Shown here: piece by piece, positions 9,352 to 18,769 of the stretch
How the letters are laid out: the number at the start of each line of letters is the position of its first letter
Position numbering within the stretch: position 1 is the stretch's first letter
Source of the DNA: a virus
Virus record (IMG/VR): IMGVR_UViG_3300047994_000617
Coordinates: 32,001 to 96,000 of that record
Reading direction: 5' to 3' (one strand)
DNA: 64,000 nucleotides
Translations under genes and position numbers: made by a program
The notes under the pieces: generated by a model
Database searches by the model: none
The model's input: only the letters and a program-made list of their open reading frames with translations
What the model was told of the DNA's origin: nothing

Positions 9352-9908
9352 TGCGCGCGATCGTGTGCTGGCCAGCCTGGATCCCCCTTCTCCAAGCTCG
9401 TGCTGAAGGAGAACGCTTCGATCTCGTGCTCGGCAAGGTCGAGCGCCCCCGGATCCCCCTGCTCCCGCGGGACGGGCTCGCGTCGAAGCCGTCCGAGCCG
9501 GTGAAGGTCTACCTCATCGCCCACGGCCGACTCCGAGCCCACGTTCCCCTCTCGGCGATCCGCAACACCGTGCAGGGCTTCGTCCTGGAGCTCCACGACC
9601 TCGCCGCCCTCGAGCCGGTGACCGTCCGGGGCCTCGTGCTCCCCTGGTGGCTCGGCGCCAAGGTCGTGGAGGACGTCTTTGCACGAGGCCAGGACGAGGG
9701 CGCCTGGAAGGACTCCGAAGAGATCCCCTTCCCGGGATGGGCCACCGAGGGCCTACCTGCGCCTCTCCAGGCCGAGGCGGCGCAGTTCGCCGCCCGCGTC
9801 CGCCGCCCCGCCCCCATCGCTCCTGCCACGCCTGCGGCGCAGTCCGGCGCCCGCGGACGCCCCGCGCCCGCCGCATCGTCCAGCTCTGCACAGCCCACCC
9901 TGTTTTGA
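9348..9908 (+). CDS. Hypothetical protein ending QPTLF
   Basis: Coupled to the upstream stop codon. Confidence 0.6.
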   Translation: MMRAIVCWPAWIPLLQARAEGERFDLVLGKVERPRIPLLPRDGLASKPSEPVKVYLIAHGRLRAHVPLSAIRNTVQGFVLELHDLAALEPVTVRGLVLPWWLGAKVVEDVFARGQDEGAWKDSEEIPFPGWATEGLPAPLQAEAAQFAARVRRPAPIAPATPAAQSGARGRPAPAASSSSAQPTLF

Positions 9909-9916
9909 GGGATCCG

Positions 9917-10534
9917 ATGACCAGCTTGGCCACCGTCACCGACCACCATGCCACCCGCCCCGGCGTGCCGCACCCTGCTCCCGTCGCCCGCTCGCCCTTC
10001 GACGCTGCCCTCCTGGAGCGCTACCGCAAGCCGCCTCCGATCCCGGACGTCGTGCTCGCCGTCGCGTTCCGTCGTCCCTACGGCGGCCTGGTGGCCGACC
10101 GCGTGAAGCTCATCGACGCCCGGGACCAGCCCTTCAACAGGCCGGGGGGCGCGCAGTGGATCGCGATCTACAACTGCAAGCACGTCGACGAGCTCCAGGT
10201 GGGCGTCCGCGGCCGCGCCGGCGCGCTGCCCTACCAATTCGGCAAGGGGCCGGACGCCGATCGCCTCGTCGAGAGGCGCCAAGGACCGGCCCAGCGGGTG
10301 ATCGGGTTGGTGTTCGTGGTGGGCTCGCGGCTCCTTCGTCTGGAGGACATCCCGCTGAGCTATTTCTTCGAGCGTGGGCGCTTCGCCTGGCTCCTCGCGC
10401 ACGCGGTCCGGTTCTCGACGCCGGTCACGATGGAGGCCCTCGGCCTCCGGAACGGCCCGCAGGGGCCCGTGAGGGTCCCCGGCGCGCCGCTCCGGGCGGC
10501 TCTCGCACAGACACAGAAGGATTCGGATCGATGA
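9917..10534 (+). CDS. ASCH/PUA-like domain protein (paralogue B, full length)
   Basis: LAVAFRRPYGGLVADRVKLIDAR...VIGLVFVV...FAWLL...GPQG. Confidence 0.7.
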   Translation: MTSLATVTDHHATRPGVPHPAPVARSPFDAALLERYRKPPPIPDVVLAVAFRRPYGGLVADRVKLIDARDQPFNRPGGAQWIAIYNCKHVDELQVGVRGRAGALPYQFGKGPDADRLVERRQGPAQRVIGLVFVVGSRLLRLEDIPLSYFFERGRFAWLLAHAVRFSTPVTMEALGLRNGPQGPVRVPGAPLRAALAQTQKDSDR

Positions 10535-12033
10535 CGCCCGCGGCTCTCCCTGTTGCCGCGGCCGAGGCCGCAGAGCCCACGGCCTCGCCGACGCGAAGGC
10601 GCTGGAAGCCGAAGCCCGGTGAGCCCGGGGCCCTGGATTGCCTCCGGTACGTCTGGATCGGTGCCGACGGCACCGTCCGTCAGCCGAGCGATGTGGCGGA
10701 AACCTGGCTCGACCGAGAGGCCCGGGTGCTGACTGTGCTCCTGCTCCTCGCCTGGGCCGAAGCGAAAACGGACGTGAACGGCGATCGCATCGTGGTGAAG
10801 GGCTACGTCCTGGAGTACCTGCTCCAAAGAAGCCGGCTGTCGCGCTCCGATTGGTTCCGGGCCGTCAACTTGCTCAAGCTCGCCGGGGTGCTCTCGGTAG
10901 GTGGCGGCAAGCGCCGTGACGCGAAGGGGAAGGTCCGGAGCGTCATCAACGGGTACGTCCTCCACGTCCAGCGGCTTCTGGAATGGACCGGCAAGCCCCG
11001 GCCGCTCGAATGGCCAAAGGCGGCGACACGAGCGAGCCAGCCGGATCAGGGGCCCGGCGAGCTGGAAGCCGCCCTCGAGGAGGCCCGGGTCACCTTGGGC
11101 CTCGCCGAGGCCGACGTCGCCGCCAAGCGCGCCCTCGCCCGCCAGGCCGACCGAGAGGCCCGGCGCCTCAACGCAACCGAGGAGCGCCTCAACAGGGAAA
11201 TCAAGCGCCTCCGCGAGCGCCGGGAGGAGTTCGAGCGGCTTAAGGCGACGAAGGCCGTGGCCGAGGTCTCCGCGCTCCGCCTCCAGGCCGGGCTCTGCGA
11301 GGCGCCGGCCAGCCTGGTGCGCCCTGTCCGGCTCGATACTCACGCGACGGACACCGCTCTTTCACCCGTGATCTCGGATGGTTCCGAGAGCCACCGGCGG
11401 TACAACGAGACCCCCGTAGGCGCCGCGGCGCCGTCCCTGGGGAAACCCCCGGTGGCTTCCTGCGCTCCGCTGGCTGACGCCCCGCCTTCGTCTGTGATCT
11501 CGGAGGGTTCCGAGGGCCACCGGCGGTACAACGAGACCACCGCCACCACCGCCACCACCGCCACCACCGCCACCACCGCCACCACCGCCACCACCGCCAC
11601 CACCGCCACCACCGCCACCGCCACCGCCACCACCGCCACCGCCACCGCCACCACCGCCACCGCCACCACCGCGGCCTCCGTGCCGCCGCCCGGCGCCGAA
11701 GCAACCGTGCCGACCAAGCCCCGCCCCGAGCTCCGCGAGCAGGACCGCGAGCTCGTCGAGGCTGCCGAGGAGCTCGGTCCGTTCGTCCCCATCTGCGCCA
11801 ACATGTGCGCCAACGCGCGCGCCCGCGGCTTCGTGACGCTCCGCGAGCGTCCAATCCTCGAGCAGGAAGTAGCAGCCAAGCGGGGGCCAGGTCCCCGCAA
11901 GACGGGCGATCCAATGCACAACAGCCTCCAGCCCATGGCCGGGCCGGGCGAGCACAACTGGGTGACGAAGCACAAGGAGAAGGGGCTCATCATCCGCGCG
12001 AACGCCCGATCACGGGCGGGAGGAAGCCAATGA
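10531..12033 (+). CDS. Putative replication initiator (wHTH-like region, coiled coil, Thr/Ala repeat)
   Basis: LLQRSRLSRSDWFRAVNLLKLAGVLSV...NGYVL is wHTH-like; lies directly before a DnaC-like ATPase; internal direct repeats. Confidence 0.6.
   Translation: MTPAALPVAAAEAAEPTASPTRRRWKPKPGEPGALDCLRYVWIGADGTVRQPSDVAETWLDREARVLTVLLLLAWAEAKTDVNGDRIVVKGYVLEYLLQRSRLSRSDWFRAVNLLKLAGVLSVGGGKRRDAKGKVRSVINGYVLHVQRLLEWTGKPRPLEWPKAATRASQPDQGPGELEAALEEARVTLGLAEADVAAKRALARQADREARRLNATEERLNREIKRLRERREEFERLKATKAVAEVSALRLQAGLCEAPASLVRPVRLDTHATDTALSPVISDGSESHRRYNETPVGAAAPSLGKPPVASCAPLADAPPSSVISEGSEGHRRYNETTATTATTATTATTATTATTATTATTATATATTATATATTATATTAASVPPPGAEATVPTKPRPELREQDRELVEAAEELGPFVPICANMCANARARGFVTLRERPILEQEVAAKRGPGPRKTGDPMHNSLQPMAGPGEHNWVTKHKEKGLIIRANARSRAGGSQ
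11368..11538. repeat. Two 45-bp direct repeats (11368-11412, 11494-11538; 43/45 identical) with an internal CTCGGA-N4-TCCGAG palindrome; possible iterons
   Basis: gtgatctcgga[t/g]ggttccgag[a/g]gccaccggcggtacaacgagacc read directly. Confidence 0.85.
11536..11670. repeat. ACC/GCC microsatellite encoding a Thr-Thr-Ala tract
   Basis: Tandem accaccgcc and accgcc units. Confidence 0.95.
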
Positions 12034-13049
12034 CCGCGACAGCACCGGTAACGGAGCCCTCGACGATCGACTCGATGAGCGACCAGGAGGCGTTCCGCCT
12101 GCTCGCCGATCTCACCGCCACCAGCCGCACGCGCCTGGGGCTCGGGCCCGACGGCCGCGCGCCCCCCGCCCCGCCGAATCAGCGCACGCCAGCAACCGCG
12201 CCAGCTTCGAAGATCGATCTGTCCCTGGCCGTCGGCAGCCTCGGCGCGGTCGCCCCCGAAGTCGACGACCCCGAGGAGCACGAGCCCGAGATGCTCGATC
12301 CCGTGCGCCTGCCCGGCTGGAGCCGCGCCCAGCGGGCCTTCGCCCTCCGAGGGGCTCACGTCTGCCGCGGTGGGCCGCTCGTCCGGGGGAAGCCCTCTTG
12401 GGCGTGCAGCGTGCCCCTCCCTGGCCCCGGCCTCTGCGTCGAGTGCTTCAAGCGCATCCGCGCCGCCGAGCGCGCCGAGGCGATCGACGCCCTCGTGCGG
12501 GAGCGCATGCCCCAGAAGCACTGGGATTGCTCCTGGGAGACGCTGCCCACCCTTCGAGACGAGGAGGACGATGGTCCTCGCGTGGATGTCTCGGTCGAGA
12601 CCCTGGCCGAGATCCGCGCGGCACTCGACAGCCGACGGCGGGCAATCCTTCACGGCCCCCCCGGCGCTGGGAAGAGCACCCTCGCAGCCTGCTATCTCCG
12701 AGCCGCCATCGAAGCAGGCGCGCGGGCGTACTTCGTGATGGCGGTGCTTCTGGATGACACCGAAGAGGGCCGGGCCCTCTTCGATCGGTGCCTCCACGCC
12801 GACACGCTCGTGCTCGACGATCTCAGCGGCGAGTTCCTTGGTGCGCCGCCCGAGGGGAGCGTAGGCGCCATCCGGGCGAAGCTCACGCTCAAGCTCCTCA
12901 CCCTGCGCTTCGCCCACAGCCGACGCACGGTGGTCACCTCGGGACGCTCCCTCGAGGAGCTCGCACCCCTTTACGGGGGCGGGCCGCTCCGCCGGATCTT
13001 CCAAGGCGCGGCCGAGATCGAAGTCGGCGGAAGCGCGGGGGACGAATAG
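12030..13049 (+). CDS. DnaC/IstB-like AAA+ ATPase (helicase loader)
   Basis: ILHGPPGAGKSTLA, TLVLDDL, RRTVVTS; upstream Cys cluster. Confidence 0.85.
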   Translation: MTATAPVTEPSTIDSMSDQEAFRLLADLTATSRTRLGLGPDGRAPPAPPNQRTPATAPASKIDLSLAVGSLGAVAPEVDDPEEHEPEMLDPVRLPGWSRAQRAFALRGAHVCRGGPLVRGKPSWACSVPLPGPGLCVECFKRIRAAERAEAIDALVRERMPQKHWDCSWETLPTLRDEEDDGPRVDVSVETLAEIRAALDSRRRAILHGPPGAGKSTLAACYLRAAIEAGARAYFVMAVLLDDTEEGRALFDRCLHADTLVLDDLSGEFLGAPPEGSVGAIRAKLTLKLLTLRFAHSRRTVVTSGRSLEELAPLYGGGPLRRIFQGAAEIEVGGSAGDE

Positions 13050-13109
13050 CGTGGCGGTCGCGCCCCCCATTGCTCTTGCCGCGCGCCGGCCGGTGGTAAC
13101 GTTGACCCG

Positions 13110-15131
13110 ATGGATCGTCCGGTAGAGCAGCTCCCCTACCGCTGCCCGATCTGCCTGCGGCGCACCGGCGATCCGACCGAGACCTGCGGAGGGTGCGGAG
13201 CGCTCGCCTGGGAGAACACCTCCCCCGCCCCGAGGCCGGCTCCCGCGCCCGCCGGGCGCGCGCTCCCTCCTTCGGCGCCTCAGGCGGGTGCCCGGGCGCT
13301 CGCTGCCCTCGCGACGAGCTCGTCCTCCCCGCGCCCCATCGATCTGCCCTACCGGTGCCCGGGCTGCGGACGGCGAGGGGATGACCCGAACGCGGCGTGC
13401 AGCGGGTGCGGTCGGGTCGCCTGGGAGAACACTACGCCGCGCCCGCTCGCCCAGGGCCCGCGGCGCCCCTTCCCGGCGCCCGCGAGGCGCCCGATGGCCG
13501 GATGGCCTCTCGGGCCTCCTGCTCGCCCTCTCACGCCCCCTGAGCGGGCTCCTGTCGCCCCCCGCAGCCCTGTCGCTGGCGCGCCCCCGGCCGCCCCGAG
13601 CCCCCCTGTCGCTGGCGCGGCGGTCCCTGGCCCGGCTGTGGTCGCCGAGGAGCCGCACACCGCGGAAGATCGCAAGTGGCTGAAGGCGATGGAGGCCCAG
13701 ACGCGAAGCGCTCTCCACCAAGCGAAGGCGATCCGCGTCCGGCTTACCCCAAACAGCGCCCTGCTCACCTTCGCCGGGTCCGCCAACCTGACGGTGGACC
13801 AGATCCAGAAGCGGCGCTCGGAGCTCTTGACCACGTTCGGGGTGGAGATCATCGCTGTCCAGCCGGAAGCGGGCGCGATCACGCTCGCCATCGCGCGGCC
13901 CACCCGGCGGGTCGTTCGGTTCCAAGACCTCTGGGGGCAGTGGCGGCCGGAGTCGACCCAAGGCAACAGCGATCTCCTCATCGGCGTCCGCGAGGCCGAC
14001 GGGGCGCTCCTGGTCCTCTCCCCGGGAGCAGCCCATGCTCCGCACACGCTGATCGCGGGCTCGACCGGCAGCGGCAAGTCCGTGCTGATGCAAAACATCT
14101 GCCTCTGCATCGCCGCGACGAACACGGTGGAGCAGGCGGAGATCGTGCTCATCGACCCGAAGCTCGGCGTCGATTACTTCCAGCTCGAGGATCTCCCCCA
14201 CCTTCGCGACGGTGTGATCTGTGACCAGGCGACCGCGCTCAGCCGCCTCCGGGCCCTGGTCGAGGAGATGAACGACCGGTACCGGCGCTTCAAGGAGGCC
14301 AAGGTCCCGAACCTGCGCGCCTACAACACGAAGGCCGGCGCGAGCGATCGGCTCCCGACCATCTGGCTCATCCACGACGAGTTCGCCGAGTGGATGATGG
14401 TCGAGGAGTACAAGGCGGAGGTGATCTCGATCGTGGGTCGCCTCGGCGTGAAGGCCCGCGCCGCCGGCATCCACCTCGTCTTCGCGGCGCAGCGGCCGGA
14501 GGCCAGCGTCATGCCGATGCAGCTCCGCGCGAACCTTGGCAACCGCCTGATTCTGCGCGTCGACTCCAAGGGCACCTCCGAGATCGCCCTCGGCGGCGAG
14601 AAGGGCGCCGAGCAGCTCCTCGGCAAGGGCCACCTACTGGCCAAGCTCGAAGGGACCAGCGGGCTCCACTACGCCCAGGTCCCCTACGTCGACCCCGAGA
14701 CGATGGAGAGCTTCGTGCGGGAGATCGCCCCCGCGGGCACCCCGCGGGTTCGGCGGCCGCCACCCGTGGTGATCGGCCCCGAGGAAGCGCCGCGCCCCAC
14801 CCAGGACCCCGCTCGCAGCTCACGGTCCGCCGGCGCGGCGGGCGGCGACGAGCGGCGGGACGCGCCCGACGGGCGAGGGCGCGGCGCCTCGCCGGACTTC
14901 ACCCGTCCCTTCCTCGCCCACGCCGCCCGCCGCTGGGGCGCCCCCGAGGTCGAGGGCTACCTGGCCGAGCTTCGCGCGAGCGGCGTCCACCCGCAGTCCG
15001 TCAAAGGCTGGCACGACTCCTTCCTGGCCGTCCGCAAAGAACTTCAAGCGATGGCGCGCGAGGACGACGACGGCGAGGACGACGACGGCGATCCGCCGGT
15101 CGGATCGACGGGCTCCAAGCTCTTCCACTGA
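13110..15131 (+). CDS. FtsK/SpoIIIE-family ATPase with two N-terminal zinc-ribbon repeats
   Basis: PHTLIAGSTGSGKS, LIDPK, LIHDEFAE, KARAAGIHLVFAAQRP, GAEQLLGKG; two LPYRCPxC...CxGCG..AWENT repeats; no TM domain. Confidence 0.9.
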   Translation: MDRPVEQLPYRCPICLRRTGDPTETCGGCGALAWENTSPAPRPAPAPAGRALPPSAPQAGARALAALATSSSSPRPIDLPYRCPGCGRRGDDPNAACSGCGRVAWENTTPRPLAQGPRRPFPAPARRPMAGWPLGPPARPLTPPERAPVAPRSPVAGAPPAAPSPPVAGAAVPGPAVVAEEPHTAEDRKWLKAMEAQTRSALHQAKAIRVRLTPNSALLTFAGSANLTVDQIQKRRSELLTTFGVEIIAVQPEAGAITLAIARPTRRVVRFQDLWGQWRPESTQGNSDLLIGVREADGALLVLSPGAAHAPHTLIAGSTGSGKSVLMQNICLCIAATNTVEQAEIVLIDPKLGVDYFQLEDLPHLRDGVICDQATALSRLRALVEEMNDRYRRFKEAKVPNLRAYNTKAGASDRLPTIWLIHDEFAEWMMVEEYKAEVISIVGRLGVKARAAGIHLVFAAQRPEASVMPMQLRANLGNRLILRVDSKGTSEIALGGEKGAEQLLGKGHLLAKLEGTSGLHYAQVPYVDPETMESFVREIAPAGTPRVRRPPPVVIGPEEAPRPTQDPARSSRSAGAAGGDERRDAPDGRGRGASPDFTRPFLAHAARRWGAPEVEGYLAELRASGVHPQSVKGWHDSFLAVRKELQAMAREDDDGEDDDGDPPVGSTGSKLFH

Positions 15132-15780
15132 GCCAGGGAGATGAAGGGCCTGGGATCGCTCCCAAGCTCTCCGTGGTGGCCGTGGGCCAGCTTGCCCCTC
15201 TCGATGGGGTCCGGCGCCAGCGCTTCCACGCTCCCACCAATGGGCTCGGCTGCGCGGCGGTTCATGCGGGATCGCGTCGCGCCCACTTCGCGAAGCCGCC
15301 CGTGCCCATCTCCGGCGGCGAGGTCGCGACGTGTTGAAGCCCCGACCGAAAGGCCGGCGGCCGCCTCTGTCCAGCGGTCCGGCTCCCCACGGGATCCCGG
15401 GTCCGCGCCCTCGCCGAGGTCTCCCCGTGGTCGAAACCCGTCCCCCTGTGGGACGCGCCGAGATCCCACCCCGCGACGCATTCTGATCTGCCTCCGGATC
15501 GATCTGCCTCCTGCCCTCGGAGAGAGACAGCGGTCTCTCTCCGGGGGTGATGATGAGGGGATCCCGGAGAGCAGAAGCGCACCTTTCCACACATTACTTC
15601 CAGGGAGCAAGCCAGCGTGGGTACCTCGCTGCGGTCCACCCTGCCTCGGACCCTGGCCCCCCGGGTGGGGAGGTGGGGTGGCCCCGGGGGTGGGGGGATG
15701 GGTGGCTCTTGGGTGGGGGGTGGGGTGGTCGAGGGTGGCAAATCGCTGGGTTTGGGTGGGTCCGGGGTCCGGCCGCAAAT

Positions 15781-15804
15781 TCGGCGTGACCCGATTCCAC
15801 TTAT
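15781..15804 (-). promoter_or_regulatory. Conserved 24-bp motif, copy 1 (ATAAG-N3-AATCGGGTCACGCCRA)
   Basis: One of five intergenic copies; upstream of 15843. Confidence 0.75.
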
Positions 15805-15842
15805 CAGTTTGCAGAGGCTTGTCCGGGCCCCATGCTGGCGGC

Positions 15843-17612
15843 ATGACCCAGCACCCGGAGGGCGAGCATGCACCCTACGATCCCTCTGGGGGGGCTGGCG
15901 TACAGACAGGCTATCGACCCTCGCCGCCGCATCCGCCGATCAAGTCACATCCGCTGTTTCCGCTCCCGCTCGACGAGCAGGGGGCGCCCGTCGGCTTCGA
16001 GACGGTCGAGATCTGCTACGTCTGCTTCCTCCGCAAGGGGCAGCCCAATATCTACGCACCGCAGAACTTCGAGGCTGACGACCCGCGCGTACAGGATTGG
16101 GCCTGGGTCGCCGCGACGTGGGGCGGCGGCCAGTACCAGGCCATCGCCAAGGACGCGCAGCGGAGGGTGATCCGGCACTCCGGTGAGTGGATCCTCTTCG
16201 ATGGACCGTCGAAGCCGATGGTGATGCCGCCCGACGGCCCGCCGATGGCGACTGTCGCAGCGCATCAGGCCCCGCCAGCGCCCGCTGCCACTGCCGCGCA
16301 GGTGCCTCCGCCCGCCGCCAGCCTCTCCCCGGAGGTGGCTGCACTCGTCGGCGTGGTCAAGGCGCTCGCCGAGGAGGTCCAGCACATGAAGGCCGCTCCG
16401 CCGGCGCCGCCTCCCCCGACTCCAGAGCAGACGATCCTGCTGAAGGTCGTCGAGAAGCTGGACCGGATGGACGAGAGGTCGCGCGAGCGCCCGCCGGCGC
16501 CAGCGGATTCGCTGGTGGCCGTGATGCCGATGTTCCTTCAGCAGATGAAAGACGCCAGCGACAACAACCGGCTCATCATGCAGGCGATGATGGACCGGAG
16601 GAACGAGACTCCGGTGGCGAGCGTGGTTCCACCGTCGCCGGTGGACCAGATGGCCACTCTCATCAAGATGCTCGAGCCGTGGATCAAGCCCCCGCCGCAG
16701 GCCCCCGCGCCGGCCCCGACTGCACCGGCAGCACCGGCCCCAGATCCGCTCGCTTCGACGTTCGCGGTCATGGACAAGCTCAAGGAGCACGGGATGATGC
16801 CCGGTGCCACCGGAGCAGGGAGCAACGACTTGAAGTCGGTGATCGATGGTGGCGCGGCGGTCGTGACGAGGTTCATCGACGCGAAGGCGAAGACGGACGC
16901 GGCTGCCCTCGAGCTGAAGAGGGAAGAGCTCCGGGCGAGCAGGACGGTCCTCCCGCCGCCGGCCCAGGCCGCACCTCCGCCCCAGGCCGCGCCGCCGGCC
17001 CAGGCAGCGCCGCCGGCCCAGGCCGCGCCTCCGCCCCAGGCCGCGCCGCTGGCGGTCCAGGCCGCGCCTCCGCCCCAGGCCGCGCCGCCGGTGGTCCAGG
17101 CCGCGTCTCCGCCCCAGGCCGCGCCGCCGGTGGTCCAGGCCGCGTCTCCGCCCCAGGCCGCGCCGCAGGCGGTCCAGGCCGCGTCTCCGCCCCAGGCCGC
17201 GCCGCCGGCGGTCCAGGCCGCGCCGTCGCGCGACGAGGCACCTGTGGTGGCCCCTTCACCGCCTCCGCCACCGGGCGCGCGGTCTCCCGCTCCGCCGTCG
17301 CCCGTCGCCGAAGCCGCTTCGATCCTCGAAGAGCTGCCCGCCGACACAACGAGCCTTCTCAGGGAGGCTGCGTCGTCGATCACGGTCGAGGAGCAGATGG
17401 GCGCCGCGCAGGCGTTTGCTGGGCTGAAGAGCCTTTCTCAGTCCGAGCGCGTACCGGTCTTGGAGAGCATGTTCCCCAACATGGACACCGGGATGGCCAC
17501 CGGCGTCTCCCGCATGCTCGACGACCTCCCTGTGGACATGCTCCTGCAGAGCCTCCACGGCATGAAGATGAAGATCCTCCTCAACGGGCATAACCCGCCC
17601 CCGGTGGCCTGA
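15843..17612 (+). CDS. Pro/Gln/Met-rich protein with N-terminal WGGG-x-YQAIAKD domain; putative virion or assembly protein
   Basis: First gene after motif copy 1; QAAPP/QAASPP repeats at ~16965-17222; N-terminal domain shared with 43577-45475. Confidence 0.65.
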   Translation: MTQHPEGEHAPYDPSGGAGVQTGYRPSPPHPPIKSHPLFPLPLDEQGAPVGFETVEICYVCFLRKGQPNIYAPQNFEADDPRVQDWAWVAATWGGGQYQAIAKDAQRRVIRHSGEWILFDGPSKPMVMPPDGPPMATVAAHQAPPAPAATAAQVPPPAASLSPEVAALVGVVKALAEEVQHMKAAPPAPPPPTPEQTILLKVVEKLDRMDERSRERPPAPADSLVAVMPMFLQQMKDASDNNRLIMQAMMDRRNETPVASVVPPSPVDQMATLIKMLEPWIKPPPQAPAPAPTAPAAPAPDPLASTFAVMDKLKEHGMMPGATGAGSNDLKSVIDGGAAVVTRFIDAKAKTDAAALELKREELRASRTVLPPPAQAAPPPQAAPPAQAAPPAQAAPPPQAAPLAVQAAPPPQAAPPVVQAASPPQAAPPVVQAASPPQAAPQAVQAASPPQAAPPAVQAAPSRDEAPVVAPSPPPPPGARSPAPPSPVAEAASILEELPADTTSLLREAASSITVEEQMGAAQAFAGLKSLSQSERVPVLESMFPNMDTGMATGVSRMLDDLPVDMLLQSLHGMKMKILLNGHNPPPVA

Positions 17613-17615
17613 GAC

Positions 17616-18644
17616 ATGCGCTACGCCGACCTGGGCCACGGACTCGAGCGCGCTCCCCGTGGTCCCTTCCTGTCCTTCCCGCCCGTGGACGCTCCGGTCC
17701 CCGACATCCGCCCGATCGGCGGGTTCGGACCGGTGCAACTGCACCCCTGGCGCGGCCCCTTCCCTCCCGTGCCCCTGCACGTCGCGCGCTGGCGCTGGAC
17801 CGGCTACCCCGATCTCTTCGACGCGCTCGACGCGAACGACGACGAGGCTGTCGACGAGGACGAGCTCGCCCGAGGCATCGGCCGGGGGCTCCATCTCCTG
17901 CGCGGCGAGGCGGCGGGGCCGATCGACGAAGAGGACTGGCAGGGAGACCCCGAGGCATTCCGTCTGGTCGACGCCGACGGCGACGGCCGCGTGAGCCACC
18001 GCGAGCTGGCGCAGGCCCTCGGGCCTCACGCCATCCGCCTCGCGCACGGGCATCCGGCGCACGGCCCGATGCTGCCTGCGGGATCGGAGCAGGCGTTCAC
18101 CGCCCACGCCCGCTGGGTCGTGTTCAAGAACCGCGAGGACAAGGCGCAGTACATGCGCCGCGCGGCGATCCACGACGCACAGGATCCCCAGGTCAAGTCG
18201 TGGGCGGTGGAGTTCCTCAAGCTGCCCGAGGACAAGCGCGCGACCGCGATCCTCCGCTTCGTGCAGGAGTGCGTCCGCTACGAGAGGGACCCGGCCACCT
18301 TCGATCCCGATGGCACCCGCCACGGCATCGAGCTCCTCGACAGCGCGCCCACGGGGCTCTGCCGCGGCTACGGGGACTGCGATCTCAAGGCGAGGCTGTT
18401 CGTGGCGCTCTGCCTCGCCTCGGGGATCCCCGCGCAGATCGACCCGGTGTTTCGGGGCGAGACGGGGTTTCCCCATGTCCGCGCGCGGGTGCTGCGCATC
18501 GGGGGAGAGACGTCGGACCCCAGGAACTGGGACGTCGCCGACCCCACGATCGTCAACTCCGACATCGGCAAGCTCCCGGCCAAGCCGCTCACCGCCTGGC
18601 CGGAGCACGCGGGAGAGGCACGGCGGGACACCGGGCCCGAGTGA
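17616..18644 (+). CDS. EF-hand plus transglutaminase-like (Cys-His-Asp) enzyme; candidate maturation protease
   Basis: EF loops DANDDEAVDEDE and DADGDGRVSHRE; GYGDCDLKARLFVALCLASGIP, FPHVRARV, WDVADPT. Confidence 0.85.
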   Translation: MRYADLGHGLERAPRGPFLSFPPVDAPVPDIRPIGGFGPVQLHPWRGPFPPVPLHVARWRWTGYPDLFDALDANDDEAVDEDELARGIGRGLHLLRGEAAGPIDEEDWQGDPEAFRLVDADGDGRVSHRELAQALGPHAIRLAHGHPAHGPMLPAGSEQAFTAHARWVVFKNREDKAQYMRRAAIHDAQDPQVKSWAVEFLKLPEDKRATAILRFVQECVRYERDPATFDPDGTRHGIELLDSAPTGLCRGYGDCDLKARLFVALCLASGIPAQIDPVFRGETGFPHVRARVLRIGGETSDPRNWDVADPTIVNSDIGKLPAKPLTAWPEHAGEARRDTGPE

Positions 18645-18706
18645 GCCCCGGCCGGGTCGGAGACGCGAAGCGTCGAGTCGCACGGACCACGCCGCCCGCC
18701 GAAAAA

Positions 18707-18730
18707 TCGGCGTGACCCGATTCCGCTTAT
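18707..18730 (-). promoter_or_regulatory. Conserved 24-bp motif, copy 2
   Basis: Reverse complement reads ATAAGCGGAATCGGGTCACGCCGA. Confidence 0.75.
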
Positions 18731-18769
18731 GCGTTGGTGCCTGTCCTTGGGCGGAGGAATACTCACGTC

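Noticed and set aside
13110-15131. Chromosomal ftsK or a conjugative coupling protein of an ICE
   Set aside because: No N-terminal TM domain, and no relaxase or type IV secretion genes in the window
15141-15842. Long 5' extensions given by the ORF track (e.g. 15141, 2169, 9679, 20267, 46036)
   Set aside because: They overlap upstream genes or regulatory motifs; downstream starts have an RBS or stop/start coupling
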